From assembly GCA_030390025.1 (NCBI GenBank), contig CM059431.1, forward strand, positions 142,912,001 to 142,976,000: a stretch of 64,000 nt of DNA, in the 5' to 3' direction. The translations under genes were made by a program, and so were the position numbers. Source of the stretch: Squalus acanthias. Taxonomy: Eukaryota. The notes beneath the pieces were generated by a model, which was not told the DNA's origin, did no database searches, and was given only the letters and a program-made list of their open reading frames with translations. Positions 24,866 through 37,560 of the stretch are shown here, in pieces; the first letter of the stretch is position 1, and the number at the start of each line of letters is the position of its first letter.

Positions 24866-25610
24866 GGGCCAAAAATTCGGCACTTGCCGGGTGAGAACGC
24901 GCTGTGTAGTCACCCGTAAGGCCACCTGAAGTGTCAGTTTCCTGCATGAATTGCGCATGCGCGGGAAACCGGAACTTCCGGTCTCGTGAAGGGAGGGGTT
25001 GAGAGGTGAACCGCGTGTGCGGGAGAGGCTGCACGCATGCAGCGAACTTAGGTTTTTTTTCAGGTTTCTCCGGGAAGGTAAGTATGGAAGAAGGTGCGCT
25101 TTTAAAAAGGAGGCGCAAGACCCGTTTTTAACAAGGCAAGTGATTAATTAATTACAATTTAAAATAAATTTCAACAGGTTTATCTTTTTGAGATACTTTA
25201 AAGAAAGGTAAGTTTATTTTTAGCACCGTTCAAAAGTATTTTAACTTTTTCAAAAATTTAAATTTTTGTTTAAACTAGTTAAATTATTTAACTTATAATT
25301 ATTTTAAAAATGTGATTTTTTTTTAAATTTATTTGAATTTTAGGTGTTGTTTTGGAGCCGATTTCAATTCGTACATTTGACAGGTCTTCCTGTCAAATCT
25401 ATGAATGAAAGATGGTCTGCTGCCATTGGCTCTCCATGGCCCACGTGATCCCAAGGGGACGCATCGCACTGACTACGCCCCTGGATACACAAGCACTGCG
25501 CCCCTGCAGCTGCAGGAGGTCCAGGAGCTGAGTTCCCCGTGGGCCCAGAGGTCAACGGCAGGCGCGGTAGGTAGGTGCGCGCGGGATGCTTGCACCCTTA
25601 TTTCTGGGCC
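24866..25610. mobile_element. MITE copy 2 (inverted relative to copy 1)
   Basis: Termini GGGCCAAAAATT / ATTTCTGGGCC, flanks AAT / ATT; the paralogous empty site is visible at ~27383-27400 (CTTTGTAACATTGTTACT). Confidence 0.85.
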
Positions 25611-26379
25611 ATTGTTTCTGACAGCTGTGTGATTGGCTCCTGGCTCCTTTGTGATGTCACCTCGAGACAGGTTTCCGCCGCTGGTTTGGCTCCATCAGTG
25701 CTGTGTTAATGTGGGCGGAGCTGGAGTTGGCAGCTGATATTGTGAGTGAGTTCAGTCCCCATAAATAGGGGCTAGGATGGAAAAGAAGAATTTAGTATTA
25801 AATAAGTAAACCAACCAAATGTTATTAATTGTAAATATGTTCAAAATAAATATCGCAAGTCGCAAAATTAGTCCTATTGTTTTCGAGTAACAGATTCTGG
25901 AAATAATATGAATCATTTTTATATTAAAAGATTCTTGGAGTGAGCATTATCTCATGAAAGAAGAGAGATCGACATCGAACCGTCACCACACTAAATGTGA
26001 CTGGAGAAAGGTCGCTGGTTTCACAGTGCAGATCTGCTGGGGCCAACAATCCCATTGAAAAAGACGGGATAAAACAGGAAGCTTCATCAGTAATTGGAAA
26101 CGTGACGAGCTCCACTGAGAATCCCATCAGTACAGGGTTTTTTCAAGGTAAGAGTCTAACAAGCTCTTGGGAGCTGTTTAATTTCTTGCAAAAGACTCGG
26201 CATTTGATGCGGTAATTTGACTGGGGATTCACTGGTATGTGAAGCTAGCCCATACCTCACCTAGGATAGCGTGGTGATTACATTTACAGGGATGTCTGAC
26301 CTGTAATCATACAATGCTTCACGTAAGACGGGTTGCTTCATTGGGTAGTGTCAGAGGAGGTGTAAGCTGCATTAAACGC

Positions 26380-26900
26380 ACGCCGTATCTGAATTAACTT
26401 TGCTTGACGAACGACTGTAAAGTGAGATTTACATTTTATCTAACCCCTGTCTGCTTGACCTGAGGGTTTTCGATGGGACAGTGTAGAGGGAGATTTACTC
26501 TGTTGTTAACTCGTGCTGTATCTGCCCTGTGAGAGTTGATGGAATAGTGTCGAGGGAGCTCTACTCTGTATCTGACCCGTGCTGTACCTGCCCTGTGAGG
26601 GTTGATTGAAGAGTGTCGAGCGAGATTCACTCTGTATCTGACCCGTGCTGTACTTTTTCTGGGAGTGTTTGATGGGACAGTGTAGATGGAGCTTTAATCA
26701 GTATCTACCCATGCTGGACCTGAGGTGGGAGTGATTGATGTGCAGTTTAAATATGCTTTACACTGCATGTATACCATGCTGTATCTGACCTGGGAGTGTT
26801 TAATGGGATCGTGTAGAGGTAGTTTTACTCTGCATGTATCTCGTGCCGTTATGAACTGCGAGTGTCTGATGGGACACTATAGACGGAGTTTTAAACTATT
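26380..26900 (+). repeat. 66-bp tandem repeat (~7-8 copies)
   Basis: ACTCTGTATCTGACCCGTGCTGTAC recurs at 26563 and 26629; consensus includes GGGAGTGTTTGATGGGACAGTGTAGAGGGAG. Confidence 0.85.
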
Positions 26901-28439
26901 ATTGCCCATGATTTCCCCTCGAATTATTGCACGTATGTCCCCTCCCATTGATACCCCTGATGAGCCCTACAATGTGCTTCTGACGCTCCCTCCTGTTATA
27001 GGGAATAGATTGGTGTTAGAACAGAGAGGTGATTGTTATATCTTCATCGAAGCACTATTATCTCAAACTGCATTTCATTGCAAAGGCATGAGGAAGAGGC
27101 ACTGCCTGATTCTACACGAGTGAGTCTTTGGGGTGTATAAATCAAAAGGTGGACGTTTGGGTCATTGAATAGTGGGTGCACATATTTGGAGGATGGGACG
27201 GAGAATTCGTAAGTGGCAATTTTGCGGGTTTGCGCTCCCTGCCTTAGGGTCTCAGTGGAGGGGAACGGTTCGGAGACACTGCTGAATGTACAACATGTGT
27301 TCATCCCCAGTGAAACTGCACACAAGGAGCAGAGCATGGTCATGTGACCCTGTGACACCTCGACTGGGCGGAGCTCCGGCAGCTTTGTAACATTGTTACT
27401 GGCTGCTGTATGATTGGCTCCTGGCGCCTTTGTGATATCACCTGATGACAGGCTTCCGCCCCTGGTTATGCTCCATCAGTGATGTGTTACTGTGGGCGGA
27501 GCTGGAGTTGGCAGATATTGTGAGTGAGTTCAGTCCCTATAAATAGGGGCAAGGAAAGAAAAGAACAATTTAATATTAAAGAAAGTAATTCAACCAATTG
27601 CCATTAAAGGTAAATATATTCAAATTAAATATATTGATAATCGCACAATTAGTCCCGGAAATTCGTCTCGGGCGGTGGCACAATGCGGGCGGTATCGGAT
27701 CGGCCGCCGTTATACGCAGCGCCGGATATTCAGCTCTATTGCAGTCAATATGAACGCGCCTCACTTCCTGCGGCCCATCGTGAAGAGCGCCACAGCCTGG
27801 AGTAGGGGCTTATGATGACGTAGTGGAGCTTTCAGAGGTGAATCTGGTCGTCATACCTCAGACACTTACAACCAATGGGTGCAGCGCTCAGCCGACTCTG
27901 TGCCGTGTCACCAATAATATTCAGGAACTCCTCCATCTTGCACTCCTTGCAGTTTGTTTGTTCAGCAGTTTTGTTTTATTTTTGTATTTCAAGGATAACA
28001 AATACATCGCTAATACTTATGCTTCCTGTTTTTTCGCGATCATTAGATTTGTGGACATCAGCTCTGGGCATTGCTTTGTATCTTTAATCTAACGCAAATT
28101 GTATTTAATTCCGGCCAAGGAGAATCCCTTTAGATTCTTCTAGCATTGATTGGAACAAGTGGCAGATTCCGATGTTAAGGGCGGCCGTCAGACTCAGGAC
28201 GGAGCTCTGTAATCCTCCACTAACAGTCTACAACCACAGAACTCTCTGCACTGTTATACAAACACATCCAACGCGATCATCGTGTTCCGACTTATAGATA
28301 CACAATGGAAAACTTCGCGCTAGTTACACCCCAACTATTCCAGTCTTTCTTTCTACCTCATTATGCAATAGATTTATAGCAAACATTTAAATCTGTTGCT
28401 GCGTCTAAGAGTTTATGAGAGACTAGGTTTACGGAAGTA

Positions 28440-28605
28440 CATGAGAAAATAAGAAATAGGAGCAGGAGTAGGCCATTTAATGAGATCATGGCTGATCCGA
28501 TTTTGGCCTCAACTCCACTGTCCTGCCCGCTCCCCATAACCCTTGTCTCCCCTGTTGCTGAAAAATCTGTTTATCTCAGCATTGAATATATTCCATGACT
28601 CAGCT
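28440..28605 (-). mobile_element. CR1 tail fragment
   Basis: AGAAATAGGAGCAGGAGTAGGCCATT..GAGATCATGGCTGATC. Confidence 0.75.
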
Positions 28606-29265
28606 ACAGGAACTGAAATCTGACCCACAATCCAAATGCTGTCACTGCCCAATTGACTCTCTGATAGCAGAGTCTTGAAAGAATTGTTGGCTACTTCACC
28701 AGTGTCGGCACTTTATCATTAGTATTCGGAATATATGGAACAAGATAATAACTCCGTATCTACTGAACTTCCCTCCGCTTTATTTAATTCTGCCGAATAA
28801 GCCACAGGATCAGGTGAACTTTCAAACTTCAATGGGGCGTAAACTGCCGGTAGGATATTTTACACCCGCCTAATTGTATTTTTCGTTATAGTCAGTGGAA
28901 GGTAAATTCGGCCGGGTGTATGATTGTCAGACAGTCCGCTCCAGACAGATTTCAGCCCAGTCCGAAATTAAAAATGACTTTAGTTTCAGAATATTCAGAT
29001 TCCACCAAACCCAAATGGATCGTTAACTAACTTTACAAATTGTGTTTAAAACAGTTTAAATTAGGGTCGCTGATCCGAACAACTAGTCCTGGAGTTTTGG
29101 CTGGAAATAAAGAACTTGGGTTGAAATGAGCCCTGGGAGGAGAGGCCAAACCGCCAGCATCGCATCGCTCGCCTGTTCTACGCTGCTATGGAACTGAATA
29201 TTGGGCGGTGCCTATAACAGGAAGCGATGTGAATCTGCCTTACTGCACAAGTCGAGTTTCTACCC

Positions 29266-29430
29266 CTTGCATTTATATAGCGCCTTTCAAAACCTCAGGA
29301 CGCCATAACGTGCCTCACAGCTAACAAAGTACTTTTAAAGTGTAGTCACTGCAGTAATGTCAGGAAATGCAGAAGACAATTTTCTCACAGCAAATCCCAA
29401 AAACAACAATAAGATAAATGACCAGATAAG
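29266..29430 (-). mobile_element. Deu-type SINE 3' fragment
   Basis: TTGCATTTATATAGCGCCTTTC..CAGGACG..AAGTGTAGTCACTG, matching 8725-8890. Confidence 0.7.
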
Positions 29431-31232
29431 ACACAATTGCGCATGGACTGGGGACACGAAACGATCGGTATCACATCGATCGCCTGTTATACGCTGCGCC
29501 CGATATTCAATCGAACTGAATATCGGGCTTGTCGTATAAAGGTCGGCAAATGCGATTCGTCTGGTTTGCGCCCCCTTCCGTATCCAGATACACCCCCAAT
29601 GATCTGTTGACATTCTGTTTGTTCTGCAATAATTACTGACCAGGACACCGGAATATTCGCGATACTATACAAGGCCGACTCGTGTAACAATTAGGAACTC
29701 TTTAGCAAACCCGGAGCTCAGTTACTGTTTTACTATTGGATCCGAGCCCATTACAGACAGGCACCGTAAGAGCTCTCACCTGAACTACCACCGCCCCTCC
29801 CCTCCGCTTGGGCTCAGGAAGGGAAATTCCCGCACTGGGCGCAAAACAACGCCACCAGGAGAACTACAGGCAGCCGGTAGATGAAAGACAGCGCACAAAA
29901 CGGCTGTGAAAAATAAAACACATCGCAGCCAATAAATTTTAAAGGAAATTTCAATCGATAGATTAAATAATATATGCGATGCCGATCAAACAGAAGGCGT
30001 GTAAAGATCGAATGGACACTGCGCTGGTTGTATTCTGTGTGTAACAGGGTATATTGAAGATCATACCAGTGGAAGCAGTCCGTGACATCTCCTCTGCTGA
30101 TCTTACACATCCTGCAGTGTGAACGGTGGATTTGACCAATCCCAGGGGCAGCCCTCTCCTCCACATCTTCCAATCACTAACCCAAACACCGCTGCTTATA
30201 TTGGAAAACAGTTTCAGCTGAGGCACAACAGGAGGGCGGAAAAAATTGGCTCAAGTTTGCATCTGATGTCTTTGCACCGAACAACGCTCTCAAACCCAGG
30301 TCCGCAGTGGGGCCGGGCGGAGCTCCCAATACACCGCCTTGCACTGGGGATACCCGGTCAACAACAGTTGGTAAAAGGCAGGGGGTATTATATATTATTG
30401 TCTGTGTGCAAACACAGGCAGAGGATTGTTCCAGCTCAATACCCGACTATTACATTGTACAGATCGTTGAATTAACTTCCCCTATTATTTAGGATATTAA
30501 ACATTCTTACACAGCTTTACCTGTGTAACCAGGTGGCTGATTCAGATGAACTGCTGTCAGGTTCCCTGTGACAAATTTCGTAAAAACAAATAAAAGCTAA
30601 ATTTTAGTGTTGATGGACAACCTTCGATTATTTCTCAGTAATAGAGACATCAGGAAAAAAACGGGTAAAACGAGGCAACTTCAGTTAACATTCATAAAAT
30701 GGTGAAACATCGCGACACTGTGAAGGAGACAGCGGCACCGCTCCTTATTCCCAGGAGAGGGGATGAGGCGGTCGGTGCCGCTGCAATCAGTCCAAGCAAC
30801 ATTTTCATCAAACCTGCGAGAAAAAGTAAGGTCACCAGGAGTTCTAAACCACCGAATCTTATCCTAAATCTGGCGGATATTCCTGTCAATTACACGGTAG
30901 AATTAAATTACAGTCCTCGCTCTGTCAGATATTAAAGCCGTTGATCAAATATTCTGTTCCATTATTAAACTTCATTTATCACTGACACTTTTCATACTAA
31001 AGGCCTATTTGTCAGGAGTCATCAGTTAATGAACTGTGGAAACCCAACGTCAATGTTGGGTTAAATGACACAGGGGGCACACATAGATTCGCGTTCCTGT
31101 GAGATATTACAAGAACCATCTTGATGTGGCTGTAAGGAGAGTGAACCCCAGTCTAAGCTGGAATAGGAGCTAAAAGTGAATTCTAATGTTGCAAAGAAGG
31201 CTCTACTTCGAAATTCTTTTATTTTTAACCAA

Positions 31233-32645
31233 TCATAGAATCTGTGTCCAGGGAGATTTCAGCAACTTCTTCAGCTTTTCTCTGAATTTCCTCTGGGTCG
31301 CTGCATAAATACATGTGTTCAGACAGGAACTCAAAAGCTTCAGCATGGCTCCGGTTTCAGTGGCGATATAGGCTGGGTTTGTGCGGTCGCCTCGGTAATA
31401 ATTGATATTTGTCAGTCCGGCAGTTGCAAAACTCACTACAGCTGTCAACCACAACAGTATAAAACTGCCCGATATAGTAAACAGTAAAATTATAGATTTC
31501 CTTCGGTTCACCATCTCTGGATCACACTGATTCTCACTCGTGTGACTCCGGAATCCCCTGCGAGCTCTACTGGCCACTAAAATACGACTGATTGTCAAAG
31601 AATTGCACAAGGCGATTAAAGTAAAAGGAAGACAAACTACCCAGGCGATGTGAAACCAGAAGTACGCTACACCTGGAGTTGAGGAAAAGAAAGCCACACT
31701 TGACCGGCAGCCCCAATGCACGCTATTAATTATTTGCTGAGGTTCATATGCAAACAAAAATGTGATGTTCTTCAACAAGATCAGAACAGAGAACGTTGTT
31801 ACAACCGCGACCGCAGTACTTTCGGTGCAATACTTTGTTTTAAAATTCTGGCAACAGATAACTACAAATCGGTCAAATGTGAAGGAGACGGTGAACCAAA
31901 CAGACAAATCGATGGTGACAGCAGTCGTGAATAGAATGAACTTACACACGGGAGTTTGGTGAAGGAATGAACGTGGAAAGTGATAACTGAGAATGTGATA
32001 CACCATTACATTGAAGATCATGACCAGTAGATCTGCTGTTGCCATGGCCACCATATAGACAGAGATACCCTTGGAAAGGCCGCAGTTTCCTCGGAAGAGA
32101 ATCACCATTGTCACCAAGTTAGCTGTAAGAAACAGAGAGGAGAGAAATAATGTTCCAGTGTCTGATTGAAATTTATATGCAGGGACCGGTTGAGAGCATT
32201 TTACTCCATTCAGTGTGATTATGAACACGGAGCAGTGTGAGAACAGGATTAGTATTGGAGCCATTACCTGGGAAACCCACCCACACATTTTAATGAGCTG
32301 CTGCAGCGCTCACTCTGCACGGGGGGACAAGACGGTCCGGAAATCGCCTAAAATCCTTGTGTTGGAGCTTCAAAGAAAATTGTAACTTCAGTGAGGTTAG
32401 CTGATTAAGAGGAACGCGGGAAGTGCAGACACACGGTTCACGATTTGGTTGCAGTCACTACCGACTGTGCAAACATCAGCGAAACACGAACACGTTACCT
32501 TATTCACCAGGCTGTAAGAACAGCGGGGACAATTAACACCGATTAACAACAAACGGGTTTAAATGGCTCACTCACCGGGGACACCGACGGCTGCGAGAAT
32601 CGGGTAGTAAATCTCTTTTATCAGTAGAATAGTTGGTCGCCCCAT
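31233..32645 (-). CDS. Class A orphan GPCR, GPR139-like paralogue 1; exon 1 32645-32576, exon 2 32122-31233; 319 aa, intact
   Basis: Exon 1 MGRPTILLIKEIYYPILAAVGVP+G|GTGAGT; acceptor TCTTACAG|CT gives ANLVTMVIL; seven hydrophobic segments, MATADL (TM2), SVWFTVSFTFDRFVVIC (TM3), LPF (TM5), SSCLNTCIY (TM7); 960 nt in frame. Confidence 0.92.
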
Positions 32646-32724
32646 TTTCTGTGAGAATGGATGAATTCTGTAGGAGATGAAAGACTCTGACTGGCGCACG
32701 GCTGAGACAATAGAGGGGAACCTA

Positions 32725-32804
32725 TATTTATACACAAATCAATCCTCTAGGGAGTCAATCAGGTTAAATCATAATTAGCATTAGTTACAGTCATTTAACA
32801 AATA
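32725..32804 (-). promoter_or_regulatory. Putative core promoter of GPCR paralogue 1 (TATAAATA + conserved 34-bp block)
   Basis: TATAAATA at 32732-32725, ~80 bp above the ATG; block 32771-32804 is shared with paralogue 2. Confidence 0.7.
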
Positions 32805-33109
32805 GACTCAGCTAAGTTGTTTTGCTTATCTGATATGTCAGATTTAGGGATCTGTGTGAAACTGTTATTGGAGAGTTTAACAAATACACAGTTAACAGAT
32901 TGTTTACAAGTGAAAAATTCAATCTCCCAGACTCGTGCTGTTTCGATTCGAACAGACCTGCTGAAGGTTACTCCCCTTCTACTAATCGCCATGACCCTGC
33001 CCATTATTCACTCCTAATACACCAAAATCTCCAGAATAGGCGGTGAAACAAATCCTGCAATACTGGTGATAAACCCAGTCTGGCAGCATTCGCCATGATC
33101 TTGTTGCTC

Positions 33110-34630
33110 CAGTGCTAATCGTAGCCTACAATTATACTAGAGTTGACTGTGCTCCTCCTGTGCAAAATGGCACCCCTACACTGATACTGGAGTTGACTGT
33201 GCTCCTCCTGTACCAGTGGTGCCCTGGCCTTATACTACAGTTGACTGTGCTCCTCCGGTACAAGCGACACCCCAACACTTATACTAGAGTTGATTGAGCT
33301 TCCCTGTACAAAATGGCACCCTACACTTATACTAGAGTTCACTGTGCTCCTCATGTACAAGTGGCACCCCTACACTTATATTAAGGTTCACTGTGCTCCT
33401 CCTGTACAAGTGACACCCTTACACTTATACTGGAGTTCACTGTGCTCCTCTTGTACCAGTGGTGCCCTGCCCTTATACTACAGTTCACTGTGCTCCTCCT
33501 GTACAAGTGCTGCCCTGCCCTTATACTAGAGATGACTGTGTTCCTCCTGTACATGTGGCACCCCTACACTTACAGTAGAGGTCTCCGTGCTCCTCAGGTA
33601 ATAGTAGCATCCCTATACTTGAGCAGCAGCACTACACTAACACTAGTATTGACAGTGATCCTCTGTTACTAGTGGTACTCCTCCACTGACACTAGATGTG
33701 CAAGAGCTCCTCCAGCAGAAATGGTTCTGCTACACTTACTCTAGAGTTGACCGTGCTAGTCCGGTAAGAATGGTATCAATACAATTGCACTAGTGGTGAC
33801 CGTGCTTCTCCAGTAACAGGAGACACTTACACTTATACTAGTGTTGAGCCTACTTCTACAGTAATAGAGGTAGCACTACACCAACACTAGTGTTGACCGT
33901 GCAATTCCCGTATTAGTCGTACCCATAATATTATCATAGAGTGGACCGTGCTCATCCGGAGCTTGTGGTATCCTACACTTACACGAGATGTGAGCGTGTT
34001 CCTCCTTCACTACTGGTAACAATAAAGCTAGACAAGTGTTGACCGCGCTCATCCGGTACTAGTGGTACACAACACTAGATAGAAGTGAATAGGTGAAAGC
34101 TAATGAAGAACATGTCCGCTGACGACACCCAGCTCTACTTCCCACCACCTGTCCTGATCGCTCCGCTGTCTCTAACGAGTCAATTCTTGTCCAACATCCA
34201 GTACATGTGCAGAAATTGTTTCCAACTAAATATTAGGAAGATCAAATTAATTGCCTTCGGTCATCGCCACAAACGACGTACATTAGCCACCAAATCCAGC
34301 CCTCCCCCTACGATGTATGTGACTTTGACTTCCGATACTGTTGGTACCCTGCACTTTCACTAGAGGTGGCCGTGCTCCTCTGGTACTAGTGGCACCTACA
34401 CTTGAACTGGGTGTGAGCGTTCTCCTCCTGTACTAGTGGCACCTACACTTACACTAGGTGTGAGCGTTCTCTCCTGTACTGGTGGCACCGACATGTACAT
34501 TTGAAGTGACTTTGCTACTCCGTTATTACTCGTACCGCTGCATTTACACTAGATGTGACCCTGCTCCTCCGGTACTAGTGCAACACCTGCACTTCCACTA
34601 CTTGTGACCACCCTCCTTCGGTACTGGTAG
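33110..34630. repeat. ~48-50-bp degenerate minisatellite upstream of GPCR 1, with a small L2 fragment (34110-34310)
   Basis: Unit ~ACTAGAGTTGACTGTGCTCCTCCTGTACAAGTGGCACCCCTACACTTAT at 33136, 33186, 33234, 33283; ADDTQLYF inside the L2 fragment. Confidence 0.9.
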
Positions 34631-34644
34631 TACACAACATTTAC

Positions 34645-36420
34645 TTTCGTTCATGTTATGTGGGCGTCGCTGGCAAGGCCAGCAGTTGTTGCCCAACTAT
34701 AATTACCCTTCAGAAGTTAGTGGTGAGCCGCCTTCTTGAAATCGCTGCAGTCCGTGTGGTGAAGTTACTCCCATAGTGCTGTTAGTGAGGGATTTCCAGA
34801 ATTTTGAGCCAGCGACGATGAAGAATCGGCGATATATTTCCAAGTGAGGATTGTGTGTTACTTGGTGTTGAACTTGGAGGTGGTGTTTTTCCCATTCGCC
34901 TACTGCCCTTGTTCTTCTAGGTGGTAGAGGTCGCAGATTTTTGAGGTGCAGTCGAAGATGCCTTGACAAGTTTCTGCAGTGCATCTTTTAGATCGTACAT
35001 ACTGCAGCCATCGCACACCGGTAGTGGAGGGAGTGAATGTTTATGGTGGTAGATAGGGTGCCAATCAAGCGTGCTGCCTTGTACTGGATAATGTCGAGCT
35101 TCTTGAGTGTTGTTGGAGCTGCACTTATTCGGGCAAGTGGAGAGTATTTCATCACACTCCGGACTTATGCCTTGTAGATGGTGGTAATGCTTTATGGAGT
35201 CAGGAGGTGAGACACTCGCTGCAGAAAACCCAGCCTCTGACCTACTCTTGTAGCCACAGTATTTATGTGGCTTGTTCAGTTAAGTTTCTGGTCAAAGATG
35301 ACACCCATGTTGTTAGAGGTGGGGGATTCGGCGATTGTAATGCCATTGAATGTCAAGGGGCGGTGGTTAGAATCTCTCTTGTTGAAGAAAGTCATTGCCT
35401 CGCACTTGTGTGGCACGAATGTTACCTGCCACTTATCAGCCAAGGCCAGGACGTCGTCCAGGTCTTGCTGCATGCTGGCATGGCCTGCTTGATTTTCGGA
35501 GGAGTTGTGAATGGAACTGAACTCTGTGCAATCATTAACAAACGTCCCCAATTTTCACCTTACGATGAAGCACCTGAAGATGGTTGGACCTAGGACACTG
35601 CTCTGAGGAATTCGTACAGCGATGTCCTGAGGCTGAGGTGATTGACCCCCAACAGCGACAGCTATCTTCCTTTGTGCTAGGTATGACTCCAACCAGTGGA
35701 GCGTTTTCCCCTCGATTCGCATTGACTTCAGTTTTACTAGGGCTCCTTGATGACACACTCGGTCAAATGCTGCCTTGATGTCAAAGGCAGTCACTCTCAC
35801 CTCACCTCTGGGATTCAGCTCCTTTGTCCAAGTTTGGACGAAGGCTGTAATGAGGTCGGGAGCCAAGTGGTCTTGGCGGAACCCAAACTGGGCAACAGTG
35901 AGCAGGTTATTGTGAGTAAGTGCCGCTTGATAGCACTGCCGACGACACCGTCCATCATTTTGCTGGTAATTGAGAGAAGACTTATGGGGCGGTAATTGGC
36001 TGCATTGGATTTGCCCTGCTTTCTGTGGACAGGACATACCTGGGCAGTTTTCCACATTGACTGGTAGATGCCAGTGTTGTACCTGTACTACAACAGCTTG
36101 GCTAGAGGCGCAGCTAGTCTGGATCACAATCTTCAGCACGACAGCCGGGATGTTGTCAGGGCCCATAGCCTTTGCTGTATCCAGTGCGCTGATCCGTTTC
36201 TTGATATCACGTGGAGTGAATCTAATTAGCTGAAGACTGACTTCTGTGATAGTGGGGACTTCAGGAGGAGGTCGAGATGAATCATTCACTCGGCACTTCT
36301 GACTGAAGATGGTTGCAAATGCTTCAGCGTTGTCTTTTCACTTGCCTGCTGGTATCTTCCTTCATTTAGGATGGGGATGTTTCTGGAGCCTCCTCCTCCC
36401 GTTAATTGCTTAATTGTCAG
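34645..36420 (-). mobile_element. Family B LINE, 5'-truncated
   Basis: KAMGPDNIPAVVLK, NYRPISLLS, FDIKAAFDRV, PQSSVLGP. Confidence 0.9.
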
Positions 36421-37059
36421 CATCGTTCACTTTCCGAAGAGATGGCAATGTGGAACGTGCGCTGCGAAACTCTGGCGCTGATTTTCCGACGGTCTAAAAT
36501 TTTCACCACCCGCCCTGCCCGTTGCATTAAAATGGAAATTCAATTCTGTTGGAATTTCCAGCTCTAACGTCCGTAGCCCGACTCACAAACCCCCCCACCA
36601 AAGAGATGCTGCTTGTTGCTCGGTGGCGGTTGTCAGGAGCGAATCCTATTGGAAACACTTTATTAGGATTGTGCACGTGGGGAAACTTTCTTTCTGGCAA
36701 TTCCATGTTTTTGGCCTTTTACTATCGCCAGCTCACGAACGGTTTTACCATCACCACCGGCGCTGCGGGATATTTTGTACCTTCCCCTGTTACTGTGTCT
36801 ATGAAGAGCAGGAACAGGAGAAAGATGAGGAGCAGCAGGGCAAGCAGGCAGCTGGAGACTCGCTTCAGGAAGAAGTCGTCCAGGAGAGCCCAGTGCCCGC
36901 TGTCAGATATCTGTGACCGCAAGTCAGAGGAGGCACCAGAACAGGAATAAGACCAGAGGCATCTGAAAAATAAACCAGTCCCGCTATCACGGAGCTCTGC
37001 TCCACAACTACCGAGCCTCCCAGCGGAAAACATCCTGATTCTCTTTTTACAAACAATTA

Positions 37060-37560
37060 CATAGAATCTACAGCAAAGAAACAGGCCATTCTGCCCCACT
37101 GATCCAGGCTCCACACGAGACTCCTCCCACCCTACTTTTGTAAAGCTATCAGCATATCCTTCTATTCCTTTCCCCCTCATGTACTTACACAGCTTCCCCT
37201 TAAATACATCTAAGCTATTTGCCTCAATTATTCCATATTGTAGCGAGTTCCACATTCTCACAACATTCTGAGTAAAGAAGTTTCTCCTGAATTTCCAGTT
37301 GGTTTATTAATGACTATCGAATATGTTCCCGAGTTCGGATACTCCAGCAAGTGGATACATCTTCTCTACATCTACCCTATCAAAGCCCTTCATAAGTTTA
37401 AAGACCTGTATCAGGTCACCCATCAGCCTTCTCTTTTCTAGAGAAAAAGACCCAGCCTGTTCAATTTTTACTGATAGTTATATCCTCTCAATTCTGGTAT
37501 AAATCTTAGAAATATTTGTTGAAACTTCTCCAGTGATTCTCTAGCCTTTTACTAATACGT
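37060..37560 (-). mobile_element. CR1 3' fragment
   Basis: RMWNSL..IEANSLDVFKGKL; CR1-type tail. Confidence 0.8.

Larger units (their letters stand above)
14660..27660 (+). repeat. TE-interrupted tandem duplication of a ~1.8-kb module (end of unit 0, unit A, unit B, start of unit C)
   Basis: Homologous blocks: 14800-15150 / 24770-25880 / 27300-27660; 20720-21150 / 25880-26270; 21170-21550 / 26900-27270, whose end also matches 14660-14790. Confidence 0.85.

Noticed and set aside
29814..30475. Overlapping 87-119 aa ORFs in non-TE sequence
   Set aside because: No recognisable domain or consistent exon structure.
32123..32288. N-terminal part of the 351-aa ORF (MCGWVSQ...)
   Set aside because: Intronic; a canonical acceptor at 32123 and an upstream exon matching paralogue 2 give the better model.
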